Shown here piece after piece: positions 30,778 to 40,909 of a stretch of 64,000 nt of DNA. The stretch's first letter is position 1. The number at the start of each line of letters is the position of its first letter. Below the pieces are notes generated by a model. It did not search any database, was not told where the DNA came from, and worked only from the letters and a program-made list of their open reading frames with translations. This stretch comes from Sulfuricurvum sp. (GTDB lineage: Bacteria > Campylobacterota > Campylobacteria > Campylobacterales > Sulfurimonadaceae), in NCBI GenBank assembly GCA_024637215.1, contig JAGXFM010000030.1:831-64830 (forward strand). The letters are read 5' to 3'. The position numbers and the translations under genes are program-made.

Positions 30778-31681
30778 AATAATTGTTGATGATTCGATAG
30801 TAATGGAGTTTTATGATGGAGTAAAAAAGTATATAGGTAAACATTTATTTACATCAGTAGAAGCCAGTTATTTTACAGATAAAAAGATTGAAGAGATTAT
30901 CAAATGCAAACCTGCTAATTTTGAAAGCTTGATAAATGAAATAAAGACCAAATTATTCGATTTTAATATTATCAATAAAGCATTTGTTGGGGATAAATCC
31001 AAACCCTATGGATATAAAAAGTTTACTACAAAAGCCAAAACTCAATATCGAGGATATAATTTAGCAGATGCCTTGAAAATAGATGTTTGTCCGTATTGCA
31101 ATAAAAACTACACCCACACAATCATGAATAAATCCAAGCAATACACACGCCCAGATTTTGATCATTTTTTATCGAAAGAAAAATATCCCTATTTTGCGCT
31201 CTCTTTTTATAATCTCATCCCATCATGCCAAATTTGTAATAGAACTTTAAAGCACACAACAGAATTTACATTAAGTACTCATGTGCATCCTTATCAAGAT
31301 GATTTCAATAGTATAAAGAAATTTACTACTACTAAACCTTTAGTTTTGTGTACTCAAGAAGATGAGTTTGAAATAACTTTTAAAAATAAATCATTAGATA
31401 AATTGCAGATTGATAAAGCAGATAAAAACATCAAAGATTTGGCTTTAGAGATACAATACAATAGGCACAAAGACATAGTTTTAGAGTTAAAAGATAGATA
31501 TGATTTGTACAATGATACTTCAATACAAATATTGTTGAAAGATACCAAAATTTTCAAGGATAAAGGTGAGGAATATATTAAATCATTGATTATGTGCTCG
31601 GATACAAAAGATAAAAATATCAACAAACGCCCACTCTCTAAACTCATCAAAGACATCAGCGAAGAGTTAGGATTAGTATAG
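30770..31681 (+). CDS. HNH endonuclease, PtuB/Septu-like
   Basis: CPYCN...DHFLSKEKYPYFALSFYNLIPSCQICN...HPY; overlaps the ATPase stop. Confidence 0.82.
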   Translation: MIKIIVDDSIVMEFYDGVKKYIGKHLFTSVEASYFTDKKIEEIIKCKPANFESLINEIKTKLFDFNIINKAFVGDKSKPYGYKKFTTKAKTQYRGYNLADALKIDVCPYCNKNYTHTIMNKSKQYTRPDFDHFLSKEKYPYFALSFYNLIPSCQICNRTLKHTTEFTLSTHVHPYQDDFNSIKKFTTTKPLVLCTQEDEFEITFKNKSLDKLQIDKADKNIKDLALEIQYNRHKDIVLELKDRYDLYNDTSIQILLKDTKIFKDKGEEYIKSLIMCSDTKDKNINKRPLSKLIKDISEELGLV

Positions 31682-31705
31682 AAGAATGATATTAAATGCC
31701 GAAGA

Positions 31706-31734
31706 TGGATCCCGTATCCAGTACGGGATGACGG
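31706..31734 (-). repeat. REP-like hairpin, family B, copy 1
   Basis: On the - strand: CCGTCAT-CCCGTA-CTGGA-TACGGG-ATCCA. Confidence 0.8.
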
Positions 31735-31805
31735 TACAGATTGCTACGGAAAGAGAAACCTAAAAAGAAACACGATACACTCACAATAGATAAAAAGGTG
31801 ACACT

Positions 31806-32753
31806 ATGATAGATGTAATTAATCAAATACGCTCCGAAGTAGCCAAAGTCGTTGTCGGTCAAGAGAAGATGATCGACGGATTGTTGATCGGTTTGCTGTG
31901 TGACGGTCATATTTTGATCGAGGGGATTCCGGGACTGGCGAAAACGACAACGGTCAAAGCTCTCTCACAAACGTTGGGATTAGGCTTTAAGCGGGTGCAG
32001 TTCACCCCCGATCTGCTCCCGAGCGATATTTTGGGTGCTGAGGTCTACGATCCGAAAGAGAACGGCTTTAAAATCAAAAAAGGGCCTATTTTTACCAATC
32101 TTCTCCTCGCTGATGAGATCAACCGCGCACCTGCAAAAGTGCAGTCGGCACTGCTCGAAGTGATGCAGGAGCGGCAGGTGACGTTGGGGGATGAGAGTTT
32201 TAAACTCTCCCCTCCGTTTCTCGTTATGGCGACGCAGAATCCGATCGAAAACGAAGGGGTTTATCCACTGCCAGAAGCGCAACTGGATCGTTTTATGCTC
32301 AAAATTACCGTCGGATATAACACTGCCGAAGAGGAACTCTCAATCGCGCGGCGTGTCGGGTCGGGCTTAGGCGAGGCGATTAATGCCGTGATTGACTCGA
32401 CGACGTTAATGGCACTCAAAGAGAAAGTAAAAGAAATCCATATCGACGAAGAGGTGGAGAAATATATGATCAGCCTCGTCACCGCTACGCGTGAGCCGCA
32501 AGCGTTTGGATTGGGGGAGATCAAAGGATTTTTACAGTTCGGCGCTTCTCCTCGTGTGAGTATCGATATGTTCAAAGCGGTGCGTGCCGTGGCGTTTTTA
32601 CGCGGCCGTGAGTTTGTAACTCCGAGTGACATCGCCTCGATCATCAAAGAGCTGATGCGTCATCGCCTTGTACTCTCGTACGAAGCGGAAGCAGAGGGGA
32701 TCACGAGCGATGAATTGATCGAGAAGATCATTAAAGCAGTACCGATTCCGTAA
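31806..32753 (+). CDS. moxR: MoxR family AAA+ ATPase
   Basis: GIPGLAKT, QFTPDLLPSD, LADEINRA, ATQNPIE and LPEAQLDRF motifs. Confidence 0.95.
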   Translation: MIDVINQIRSEVAKVVVGQEKMIDGLLIGLLCDGHILIEGIPGLAKTTTVKALSQTLGLGFKRVQFTPDLLPSDILGAEVYDPKENGFKIKKGPIFTNLLLADEINRAPAKVQSALLEVMQERQVTLGDESFKLSPPFLVMATQNPIENEGVYPLPEAQLDRFMLKITVGYNTAEEELSIARRVGSGLGEAINAVIDSTTLMALKEKVKEIHIDEEVEKYMISLVTATREPQAFGLGEIKGFLQFGASPRVSIDMFKAVRAVAFLRGREFVTPSDIASIIKELMRHRLVLSYEAEAEGITSDELIEKIIKAVPIP

Positions 32754-33586
32754 TGAAAAACAGCGCGCAAATTCTCCTTAAAGCCCGTCGTCAGATCATC
32801 GGGGATCGTATCGGCAATAACCCCTCGATGTTTCGGGGGGAGGGATACGATTTCATCGAACTGCGCGAATATGTCAGCGGCGATGATACCCGCCACATCG
32901 ATTGGAACGTGACGGCAAAGATGGGAAAACCGTTTGTGAAGGTATTTCGGGAGGAGCGGGAACTTAATGTCCTCACCGTGGCACTTCTCGGAGGAGGATT
33001 GCATTTTGGGTCGGAGAAGTTCAAAATCGAGTCTGTCGCCGAAGCGGTGGCATTGATCGGATACTCTGCGGTGGCAAACGGGGACGTATTTGGTCATTGT
33101 AACTATTCTGAGAGCTTGCGCGATGAAATTCGTCCCGCGAAAAAGCGTTTTTCGGTTCAGCAGGCGACACAGTCTGTTTTGGATGCGGAGATTCTGCACC
33201 ATCGTGTCGATCTGACCCATAGTATCAAAGAGCTTTACCGACGAACCAAGCGTCGTTCTTTGATGGTGTTGATCGGGGATTTTTTCGAGATTCCCGATTT
33301 GCGCCTCCTCGCCCGTAAACATGAAGTGGTTTGTGTCGTTGTGCGCGACCGTGCCGAAGAGAATCCTGCCGTTATGGGATTTAGTGCCCTCATCGACCCT
33401 GAGAGCGGTGCGGTTTTAGAGGGGGATTTTAATGAGCGAAGCGTGAAGCGCTACCGTGATCGGGTAAAAGCTCACGATATCGAACTCTTTGAATCGTTTC
33501 GTGTCTCGGGAGTGAGGGCGAGCAAACTCTATACCGATGCAAATGCGATTGTGACGTTGCGACGATTGTTTGAGGGGAGAGTATGA
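32753..33586 (+). CDS. DUF58 domain protein
   Basis: G.DFIELREY..GDD.R.IDWNVTA and EERE motifs; follows moxR. Confidence 0.92.
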   Translation: MKNSAQILLKARRQIIGDRIGNNPSMFRGEGYDFIELREYVSGDDTRHIDWNVTAKMGKPFVKVFREERELNVLTVALLGGGLHFGSEKFKIESVAEAVALIGYSAVANGDVFGHCNYSESLRDEIRPAKKRFSVQQATQSVLDAEILHHRVDLTHSIKELYRRTKRRSLMVLIGDFFEIPDLRLLARKHEVVCVVVRDRAEENPAVMGFSALIDPESGAVLEGDFNERSVKRYRDRVKAHDIELFESFRVSGVRASKLYTDANAIVTLRRLFEGRV

Positions 33587-33978
33587 GAGATTCTAATATA
33601 CCGATCAATGACATCGCTCCGTTGGTGGAGATACACGATTATTCACTCTATTATTTTATTGCAGTCGTTCTTATTGGAGTTGCTGTGAGCGTGGCACTCT
33701 TTTTAGCACTCCTTAAACAGATGCGAAAATGTCGAACGAATCAACGAAAAGAGCAATTCAAAGCACTCTCAACCATCGATTTATCCGATCCCAAACGTGC
33801 GGCTTATGCAATCAGTGAGATAGGAAGGGTATTTTCCGGTGATAATGAACGAACGTTGAGGGCGTATCACAACCTTTTTGAGCGATTGGCTCCCTACAAG
33901 TATGCTCCGAAAGTGAAGATGATCGATGAGGAGACGTTAGGGTATTACCGTCTCTATATCGAGATCATTGATGTTTGA
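33583..33978 (+). CDS. Single-TM protein of MoxR/bat operons (DUF4381-like)
   Basis: INDI.P motif followed by a TM segment; canonical position after DUF58. Confidence 0.65.
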   Translation: MRDSNIPINDIAPLVEIHDYSLYYFIAVVLIGVAVSVALFLALLKQMRKCRTNQRKEQFKALSTIDLSDPKRAAYAISEIGRVFSGDNERTLRAYHNLFERLAPYKYAPKVKMIDEETLGYYRLYIEIIDV

Positions 33979-34705
33979 GGGGATCACATTCCAGTTTCCA
34001 AAGCTCGGATTTATCCTCTTTTTCTTTTTAGCGTGTGAGGCGCTTTGCCCGCTCCGTACCAATCCGATCTATTTTCCCCGAACCATGATGTTTGGAGCAG
34101 ACGAGAGCAAAACACCTCTTTGGATGTGGATCGCAAAATGGGCGATGATCTCCTTTTTTATCGTAGCGCTGATGTCTCCGGTTCGGGAAGTCAAAGAAGA
34201 AGTAGACGGGTACGATATTCTCCTCGCACTTGATCCTAAATCGATTAACTCTGAAATGATTGAGGATGTTCAATCGTTTATTAAGGCTCGAGGGAATGAT
34301 CGGTTCGCCCTTTACGTTCCCACCGCTTCGCCCCTCATAATCCCTTTGAGCGATGACCACGAGGCACTGCTTAAAATTCTCTCGCAACTTACATTTGAGC
34401 ACTCTGAGCAGAAGGTAACTAAGGAGATTGAACGTTTTTTTTACACAACTCCTGAAGCGAGAGGATGGGCCATTATCCTCTCGGAAGAGCCGAAAAAATT
34501 AGTTCGCTCTTTGCCGGTAGGGGTAGAGGTGAGTATCATTGAACCGAATGAAGAGTGGGTAGAGGTGAGTAACCGTTCTCACCCTCCGTTTGGAATAATG
34601 GCAGTGCAAAAATATTTTGTCTATTTTTATATTTACCCTCTCTTTATCGGTTTTTTGGCGATGCTACTTTACCTCTATGGGCGTAATCAAAAGGGTCTGG
34701 CATGA
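33971..34705 (+). CDS. Degenerate BatA-like vWA protein
   Basis: BatA-like TM layout, DILLALD and R.NDRFAL; the MIDAS DxSxS is absent. Confidence 0.6.
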   Translation: MFEGITFQFPKLGFILFFFLACEALCPLRTNPIYFPRTMMFGADESKTPLWMWIAKWAMISFFIVALMSPVREVKEEVDGYDILLALDPKSINSEMIEDVQSFIKARGNDRFALYVPTASPLIIPLSDDHEALLKILSQLTFEHSEQKVTKEIERFFYTTPEARGWAIILSEEPKKLVRSLPVGVEVSIIEPNEEWVEVSNRSHPPFGIMAVQKYFVYFYIYPLFIGFLAMLLYLYGRNQKGLA

Positions 34706-35850
34706 GTTTCTTGCATCCGGAATTTTTACTCTGGCTGTTACTTCCAACCTTAGCTCTTTTTTATTTTTGGCTCACTCAAAAGCCGTTGAGAAACCGATGG
34801 TTGCGTGAAGAGGTACTTTTAAAGCTGCGTGCTCCAGAGACGACGATGGGGCTAAAGCCGCGTAACACACTGTTTCTTGTCGCGGCGATACTGCTAATCA
34901 TTGCGATGGCGCAACCTGTGATCCACGATTCGACTCCCAGTAAAGGAAAACAGCTTCATATCCTCGTAGCCATTGACCGAGGGGAAGATAACTTTGAACA
35001 AACACGCGCCCATGCCCTCTCAACCCTCTACACCTTATTGGGCGACGCAATCGAGCTGATAGCGTTTGATGATCATCTCTACCGTATCGCACCGCGCAGC
35101 AATGACGGAGGGATATTGGCCGAATTGATTAGACACCTCACACCTTCTGCCAAACTTTCAAATCCAACTCTTTTGGAAGAAAAACTGCTTCAGAGTAAAG
35201 CAGATATGAAAATCGTTGTCACGGCAAACGCGCTGAGAAGTGAAGGTCTCATCCGTGTTTCTTCTTCGGCAGATGTTGTAAATGTTCATGAAAAACTTTT
35301 GCAATTACGAGAGATACACCGAAAACAAGCGCATATTCCCCTCTTTTTTTACCCTTTAGGAGTGGCGATGCTTTTAATCATGTTTGCCCTCTCCTCCATG
35401 AGTAAACGGCGTAGTGTGAGTGTGAGCGCATTACTACTGCTGCTGAGTCTCGATCCCACGTCCGCTAATGCGGGGCTTTTGGATTTTAGTGAACTTTCAG
35501 AGGCGAAAGCGACCTACGTGCGTGGGGAGTATGAAAAGAGCGAACGCCTCTATACACGGTATCAGTTACAACACGACTCTCCCGAAGTACGTTATAACCG
35601 AGCCAATGCTCTTTATATGAGCGGTCGTTATGAACGTGCACGCTATTGGTACGAACGGGTTTACACTACTGATCCGATTTTAAGAGAGCGAACCCGCCAT
35701 AATCTGAAAAAAAGTATTGCAAAAATCAAAATGACGCAACCGAGAAAAATAGGTGGAGAAAAGGGTGGGAACAAAGCGCGCTCACCACTCCCAAACACCC
35801 CAATCCAGATGAAGCGTTTACCGAGGATGACGAGATTATTTGAATGGTAA
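34702..35850 (+). CDS. Degenerate BatB-like vWA + TPR protein
   Basis: MSFLHPEFL start, AMAQP and TPR YNRANALY; MIDAS replaced by AIDRGE. Confidence 0.65.
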   Translation: MSFLHPEFLLWLLLPTLALFYFWLTQKPLRNRWLREEVLLKLRAPETTMGLKPRNTLFLVAAILLIIAMAQPVIHDSTPSKGKQLHILVAIDRGEDNFEQTRAHALSTLYTLLGDAIELIAFDDHLYRIAPRSNDGGILAELIRHLTPSAKLSNPTLLEEKLLQSKADMKIVVTANALRSEGLIRVSSSADVVNVHEKLLQLREIHRKQAHIPLFFYPLGVAMLLIMFALSSMSKRRSVSVSALLLLLSLDPTSANAGLLDFSELSEAKATYVRGEYEKSERLYTRYQLQHDSPEVRYNRANALYMSGRYERARYWYERVYTTDPILRERTRHNLKKSIAKIKMTQPRKIGGEKGGNKARSPLPNTPIQMKRLPRMTRLFEW

Positions 35851-36687
35851 TTATTTAAAAATATCGTAGAGCTTATTGGCCCCTTTCATCTCACGGCGCA
35901 ATTCAGAATAATCTTTATTTTGCAGTGCCATTTTGAGGGCGTGTAACTCTACTTCAAAAAGTTCGACCGCTTCGATGACATTTTCACGGTTTTGGCGAAA
36001 AATATCTTCCCACATTACGGGAGAACTTTTAGCCAAACGGCTCATGGAACGAAATCCCCCTGCGGCAAGGGTGAGGATATTTTCTTTCTCTTCTTGGGCC
36101 AGCACGGTGTTGGCTAGCGCATACGAGATGACATGGGGCATATGGCTGATAAATGCCGCATGGCGGTCATGTTGTTCTGCCCCCATGGTGCGTATTCGCA
36201 TACCGATGGCTTGGAAAATCCGAAGCGCCGTATCGCGTTGCGTATCACCGCTGTGTTCCAAATCACACAGTACGACGACCTTCTCTGCGTATAACCCCTC
36301 TAATGCGGCACTGGGACCAAATTGCTCCGTACCGGTCATGGGATGGGCGGCGACGACATTTTTGCGGATAATGGCAGGGATCGCATCGACGATAAGGGCT
36401 TTGGTACTCCCCAAATCGATCAATGTTTTATCACTTCCGGCCAAGTCGGTCGATTTTTGGAGAAACTCAATAACACCGTCTACGGGGACAGCTAAAAAGA
36501 TCACATCACAATGCATTTTAAGCTCTTCAAAGCTCATAAAAGACTCGACTAATCCTCGCTGAAGGGCGATCATCTGATGCTCTTCGTTGTGGTCACATCC
36601 GATAATAGAGGAGATAAAGGAGCGGTGTTTGAGGGCAAGTGCCATCGAACCTCCCATTAATCCTAACCCTACAATACCGATCTTCAT
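35851..36687 (-). CDS. tyrA: Prephenate dehydrogenase
   Basis: GLGLMGGS, DLGSTK, HPMTGTE, HD..AFISHMPH and GGFRSMSRLA motifs. Confidence 0.93.
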   Translation of the reverse strand: MKIGIVGLGLMGGSMALALKHRSFISSIIGCDHNEEHQMIALQRGLVESFMSFEELKMHCDVIFLAVPVDGVIEFLQKSTDLAGSDKTLIDLGSTKALIVDAIPAIIRKNVVAAHPMTGTEQFGPSAALEGLYAEKVVVLCDLEHSGDTQRDTALRIFQAIGMRIRTMGAEQHDRHAAFISHMPHVISYALANTVLAQEEKENILTLAAGGFRSMSRLAKSSPVMWEDIFRQNRENVIEAVELFEVELHALKMALQNKDYSELRREMKGANKLYDIFK

Positions 36688-36802
36688 GATTACCCTTTGA
36701 CTCTAATGGTGCTATTTTAACCCTTTTAAGTTTAATTTACAGAACTATTAATCGTTAGAGTGATAGAATGAGAGACTATTTTAACGCAATGGAAACTTTG
36801 GC

Positions 36803-39043
36803 TTGAAAACAATTACCCTCTCATTGATAGTCGCGAGTGCATTGGTACACGCATCTACGCAAAACGTCCAATCGATTCAGTATGATGGAATGATCCATAT
36901 TTCCGAGACCGTCGCAAAGCGGCTTAATGAGGTCAAAATCGGCGAACCTTTAGATTCGGCAGCGGTCGATAAAACGATCAAGAACTTCTTTGATCAAGGT
37001 TACTTCGAAGACGTATGGGCAGAAGAGGATGAGGGAAAAGTGACTTTTCACTTCAAAGAAAAGCCGATTATCTCTAAAATTGAGCTCAAAGGGTACAAAG
37101 AGAACGATGAAGAGGCTCAAAAAACACTTTTGCAGATCGATAAAGGGAGCCTTTACGATGAGAAAAGACTTGATAGTGCTAAAAAACGGATCGTTGATGC
37201 TCTAAGTCAAGACGGCAAAATCGATTCGGTTGTTGAGATTGATAGTGAAAAACTCGATAATGGAAGTATGCATGTGACGTTTATCGTCAATGAGGGTGAA
37301 GAGATTATTATCAAAAAACTCACGTACGCGGGAGTCAGTGTTCTCGACAGTGATGAATTTGACAGTATGATTGCCAATAAAGAAGAGCAATTCATGGGAT
37401 GGATGTGGGGACGCAATGACGGCAAAATGAAAGTTGCCGAATTACAGTACGATCCGCTTCGTATCCGAGATTTTTATATGCAGCACGGTCATCTCGATGC
37501 AAAAGTTGATGAGCCGTTTGTGGCGGTCGATTTTGATCGTTACGAAGCGCAAATGAGCTATAGTATTTTTGAAGGGGATGTGTATCGTGTATCCGATATC
37601 TTGGTATTTCAAGATACCCAAGTTATTGACGATAAAGAGCTTCTTGAAGTTATTGCGTTAGAAAAAAACAAACCGTTTAATATTAAAACATTCCGCGAAG
37701 ATGCGGAGCGTATTAAAACCAAAATTGCCGATTTGGGATACGCATACGTTCAAGTGCAGCCTGATTTGCGTAAAGACAAAGAGACAAAGAGTGTCGATGT
37801 CGTCTATCGCATCACTCCGGGTAAAAAGGTACGGATCCGAAATGTCATTATTTCCGGAAATAATCGTACGCTCGACCGTGTTATTCGTCGTGAATTGTTC
37901 CTAGCCCCGGGTGATTTATACAGCTTGAGCGATCTCAAAGACTCACGCAATGCATTAGGGCGAACCGGATATTTCGAGAGCAATACGATTGAAGAGAAAC
38001 GGATTGACGATGAGTCGATGGATTTGATCGTCCAAGCCAAAGAAGCACCGACCGGAAATATCCAACTCGGGGGAGGATATGGAAGCTTCGGCGGTATCTT
38101 GGTGAGTGTGGCGATTAGTGATCGTAATATTTTTGGTTCAGGGATCAATGTCGGGCTCAACTTAGAACGTTCACAACGTACCAGTAACTACTCATTTAAT
38201 ATCTCAAATCCTCGCCTTAATGACAGTGACTTTAGCGGTAACTTCTCAATTTATGACAGTTCTACGGAATACGACAGCTATACCACCTCTTCGACTGGGA
38301 TGAGTGTAGGGGTAGGTCACCGTTTTAACCGTTATTGGAGCGGATATATGGGGTATAACTATTCTAAAAATGATTACAGTGATGTGGACGCAACGACTTC
38401 GACACTTGATCCTCGTTCATATGAAAGTTACGCGAAGAGTTCAGTCATTACGTCGGTTACCTTTGATAATACCGATGATTATTATGTTCCGCGTGAAGGG
38501 GTCTCATTTTCGCAAAGTATTGAAAAAGCGGGAGTCGGAGGAGAAGCGGATTTTATTAAAAGCCGTACCACTTTCGGTGCCTACCAAGGACTCCAAAAGC
38601 TGACCGATTTCGACCTTATTTTACGATATAAAGCACGCTTTAATTATGCGGAAGAGACAGGGTATCTACCGTTAGGTGAAAAATTCTATATGGGGGGAAT
38701 CGGATCGGTTCGCGGGTATCAGGGATACTCAATCTCTCCAACAAACGGGATCGATGTATCGACCGGTGAACCTTATAAAATCGGAGGAACTCAAACCTTC
38801 TCTAACTCATTGGAATTCAGTGTTCCGCTCGTTCCGGAGGCCCGTATGCGTGCTACGGCATTTGTCGATTACGGTATGATCGGGGAAGAGAGTTTGAGTG
38901 AAATCAAGCGCGGAGGATATGGAGTGTCTCTCGAGTGGTTTAGTCCGGTGGGGCCGTTACAACTTGTATTCTCAAATCCTATCGGCGATAAGGCCGGAGA
39001 TGATGTCACTCACTTCGAATTTACAATCGGACAAAGATTTTAA
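36803..39043 (+). CDS. bamA: Outer membrane protein assembly factor
   Basis: POTRA repeats (GNNRT..VIRRE), YMGGIGSVRGY, W.SPVGPL and C-terminal F; TTG start. Confidence 0.95.
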   Translation: MKTITLSLIVASALVHASTQNVQSIQYDGMIHISETVAKRLNEVKIGEPLDSAAVDKTIKNFFDQGYFEDVWAEEDEGKVTFHFKEKPIISKIELKGYKENDEEAQKTLLQIDKGSLYDEKRLDSAKKRIVDALSQDGKIDSVVEIDSEKLDNGSMHVTFIVNEGEEIIIKKLTYAGVSVLDSDEFDSMIANKEEQFMGWMWGRNDGKMKVAELQYDPLRIRDFYMQHGHLDAKVDEPFVAVDFDRYEAQMSYSIFEGDVYRVSDILVFQDTQVIDDKELLEVIALEKNKPFNIKTFREDAERIKTKIADLGYAYVQVQPDLRKDKETKSVDVVYRITPGKKVRIRNVIISGNNRTLDRVIRRELFLAPGDLYSLSDLKDSRNALGRTGYFESNTIEEKRIDDESMDLIVQAKEAPTGNIQLGGGYGSFGGILVSVAISDRNIFGSGINVGLNLERSQRTSNYSFNISNPRLNDSDFSGNFSIYDSSTEYDSYTTSSTGMSVGVGHRFNRYWSGYMGYNYSKNDYSDVDATTSTLDPRSYESYAKSSVITSVTFDNTDDYYVPREGVSFSQSIEKAGVGGEADFIKSRTTFGAYQGLQKLTDFDLILRYKARFNYAEETGYLPLGEKFYMGGIGSVRGYQGYSISPTNGIDVSTGEPYKIGGTQTFSNSLEFSVPLVPEARMRATAFVDYGMIGEESLSEIKRGGYGVSLEWFSPVGPLQLVFSNPIGDKAGDDVTHFEFTIGQRF

Positions 39044-39109
39044 TACGACGTCCGTTTGTGGTGAGTTTGATCGAGCCATGAACGGGAAAACGCTTCTACT
39101 TTACCCCTC

Positions 39110-40573
39110 TTAACTAAACACCACAATCAGATTTTTTGGAAGAACGATATTTTTGAGCTGTTCGCGTGCTAGATAGAGATGTTTTCCGCTAACAAGCAGT
39201 TTTCCCTCTTCTACATGAATGGATACCTCTGAGGCATCAATCCTTGCCGCTAAGAGGATATGAGAGAGCCATAGCAGGGCACTGAGCGCATCGAGGGTAG
39301 AATTATCCGGTAAAAGGGTACCGTAGCCCTCTTTGGGAACCAAAGACGAGGAAGCATGCCCTTTTTTGAAGAGTAGAAGATGGGAGATTAATGCGATCTG
39401 TGAATGATTCAGTGCATAATCAAGTGTGTTCATCGCTAAGTAGTGGCTGTGGCGTTGATAAGCATAGTAACGGACGTCTACCCCTATTGAGAGAAGTTTT
39501 GCGGCTATACTAAGCTCATGATGATGCTCAGGGCTTATTCCAAGAGAAACATGAAGCAGTTCGAACAAACGTTTACTTAAATGGGCGCATTGCTGGGCGT
39601 GGGTACTGTGCAAACCATAGGTATCAAGGAGATAGCGGACACTTGGATTGTAGTTTGCAGGGAAGCGGTCTCCGGCATTGCGGAGCAGATCACTCAAAAA
39701 TACCCCTTCGCGTACACCGACACCGCTGCATATGAGTGTTTTGCTTTTTGTATAACGGATAATACGTTCCAAAATCAGAGAGCCGGGTTTAATCGTATCA
39801 AAACGATCCGGTTTGATAAAGAGAGAACGGAGTTTTTTAGGGGTAGAGTCTTGTATTTGGTCGGTGAAGCGCAAAAATGAGGTTTCATCCGTCGTATACG
39901 CGTGCAGCTTCTTAAGAGGGTATTCCTCTTTCTTCATCAAGGCACGGGTTATAGCACGGAAGGTTCCTCCGATCCCGATCAGGGTCGTTGTATCAAAACG
40001 GGGGAGTTGTTTTAGAGCCTCATCAATGTACTCAATGGCACCTGCAATATTATCCGTATCGAAAAAAAGTTCTTTGATACGGACGGTTCCGATATTGAGG
40101 GAAAAAAGTTCTTCCACTTTACCGTTACGAAGGAGAGTGAATTCACTCGAACCTCCCCCTACATCGACACTCATAGCTTCAGGAAGCGGAGGGAGAAGAT
40201 TGGCACACGCCATACCTCCTAAATAAGCTTCCCTCTCTCCACTGATTACTTTAATAGAGAGATCATGTTCACGGCGGATACGGGAGAGAAAAATAGAGGC
40301 ATTTGGGGCATCTCGAAGGGCCGAAGTGGCAACACACAAAATCTTTCGAGCGCCGAAAGATCGGGCTATCGATAAAAATTCTCCGAGAGCCTGAGCTGTG
40401 CGCTCCATCGCTTCATTTTGAAGAAATCCATTATTTTTGTAGGCATTTTCGCTTAAGCGGACTGAACTTTTAGCTTCCTGAAGAATATGAAAAGCAAAAC
40501 GGCTGGTTTTTTGAAATACCGCGAGGCGAATGGAATTGCTTCCAATATCGATAACGGCGGTACATTTCGCCAT
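39110..40573 (-). CDS. ppx: Ppx/GppA exopolyphosphatase
   Basis: IDIGSNSIRL, ATSALRDAPN, DVGGGSSE and GVREG motifs. Confidence 0.93.
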   Translation of the reverse strand: MAKCTAVIDIGSNSIRLAVFQKTSRFAFHILQEAKSSVRLSENAYKNNGFLQNEAMERTAQALGEFLSIARSFGARKILCVATSALRDAPNASIFLSRIRREHDLSIKVISGEREAYLGGMACANLLPPLPEAMSVDVGGGSSEFTLLRNGKVEELFSLNIGTVRIKELFFDTDNIAGAIEYIDEALKQLPRFDTTTLIGIGGTFRAITRALMKKEEYPLKKLHAYTTDETSFLRFTDQIQDSTPKKLRSLFIKPDRFDTIKPGSLILERIIRYTKSKTLICSGVGVREGVFLSDLLRNAGDRFPANYNPSVRYLLDTYGLHSTHAQQCAHLSKRLFELLHVSLGISPEHHHELSIAAKLLSIGVDVRYYAYQRHSHYLAMNTLDYALNHSQIALISHLLLFKKGHASSSLVPKEGYGTLLPDNSTLDALSALLWLSHILLAARIDASEVSIHVEEGKLLVSGKHLYLAREQLKNIVLPKNLIVVFS

Positions 40574-40828
40574 TTACTCCTCTTCCTCAATCAGTTGCTT
40601 GTGTTTGTAAAGAAGTTCTTGCATCGTTTCGACATTATCTTTATCCGGAATAATACAATCAACCGGACACACGGCAATACAAGCAGGCTCATCGTAGGTT
40701 CCTACACATTCGGTACAACGGTCCGGATCGATGATATAAATAGGATCGCCCTCTTCAATAGCATCCATCGGGCATTCTTCACGGCATGCGTCGCATGCGA
40801 TACATTCATCGACTATTAGTAATGGCAT
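40574..40828 (-). CDS. 2[4Fe-4S] ferredoxin (YfhL family)
   Basis: CIACDACREECP and CTECVG...CIAVCPVDCI motifs. Confidence 0.95.
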   Translation of the reverse strand: MPLLIVDECIACDACREECPMDAIEEGDPIYIIDPDRCTECVGTYDEPACIAVCPVDCIIPDKDNVETMQELLYKHKQLIEEEE

Positions 40829-40909
40829 AGGGTAAACCTCTGTTTTTTTATTGGTTATTGCGCGATTTATAGCGAAAGGAACCTTTGAGGAGTTTTAAAC
40901 TCTCAAAAC

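Noticed and set aside
28879-31681. Retron (Ec78-type) system
   Set aside because: No reverse transcriptase or msr/msd region is adjacent to the ATPase-HNH pair.
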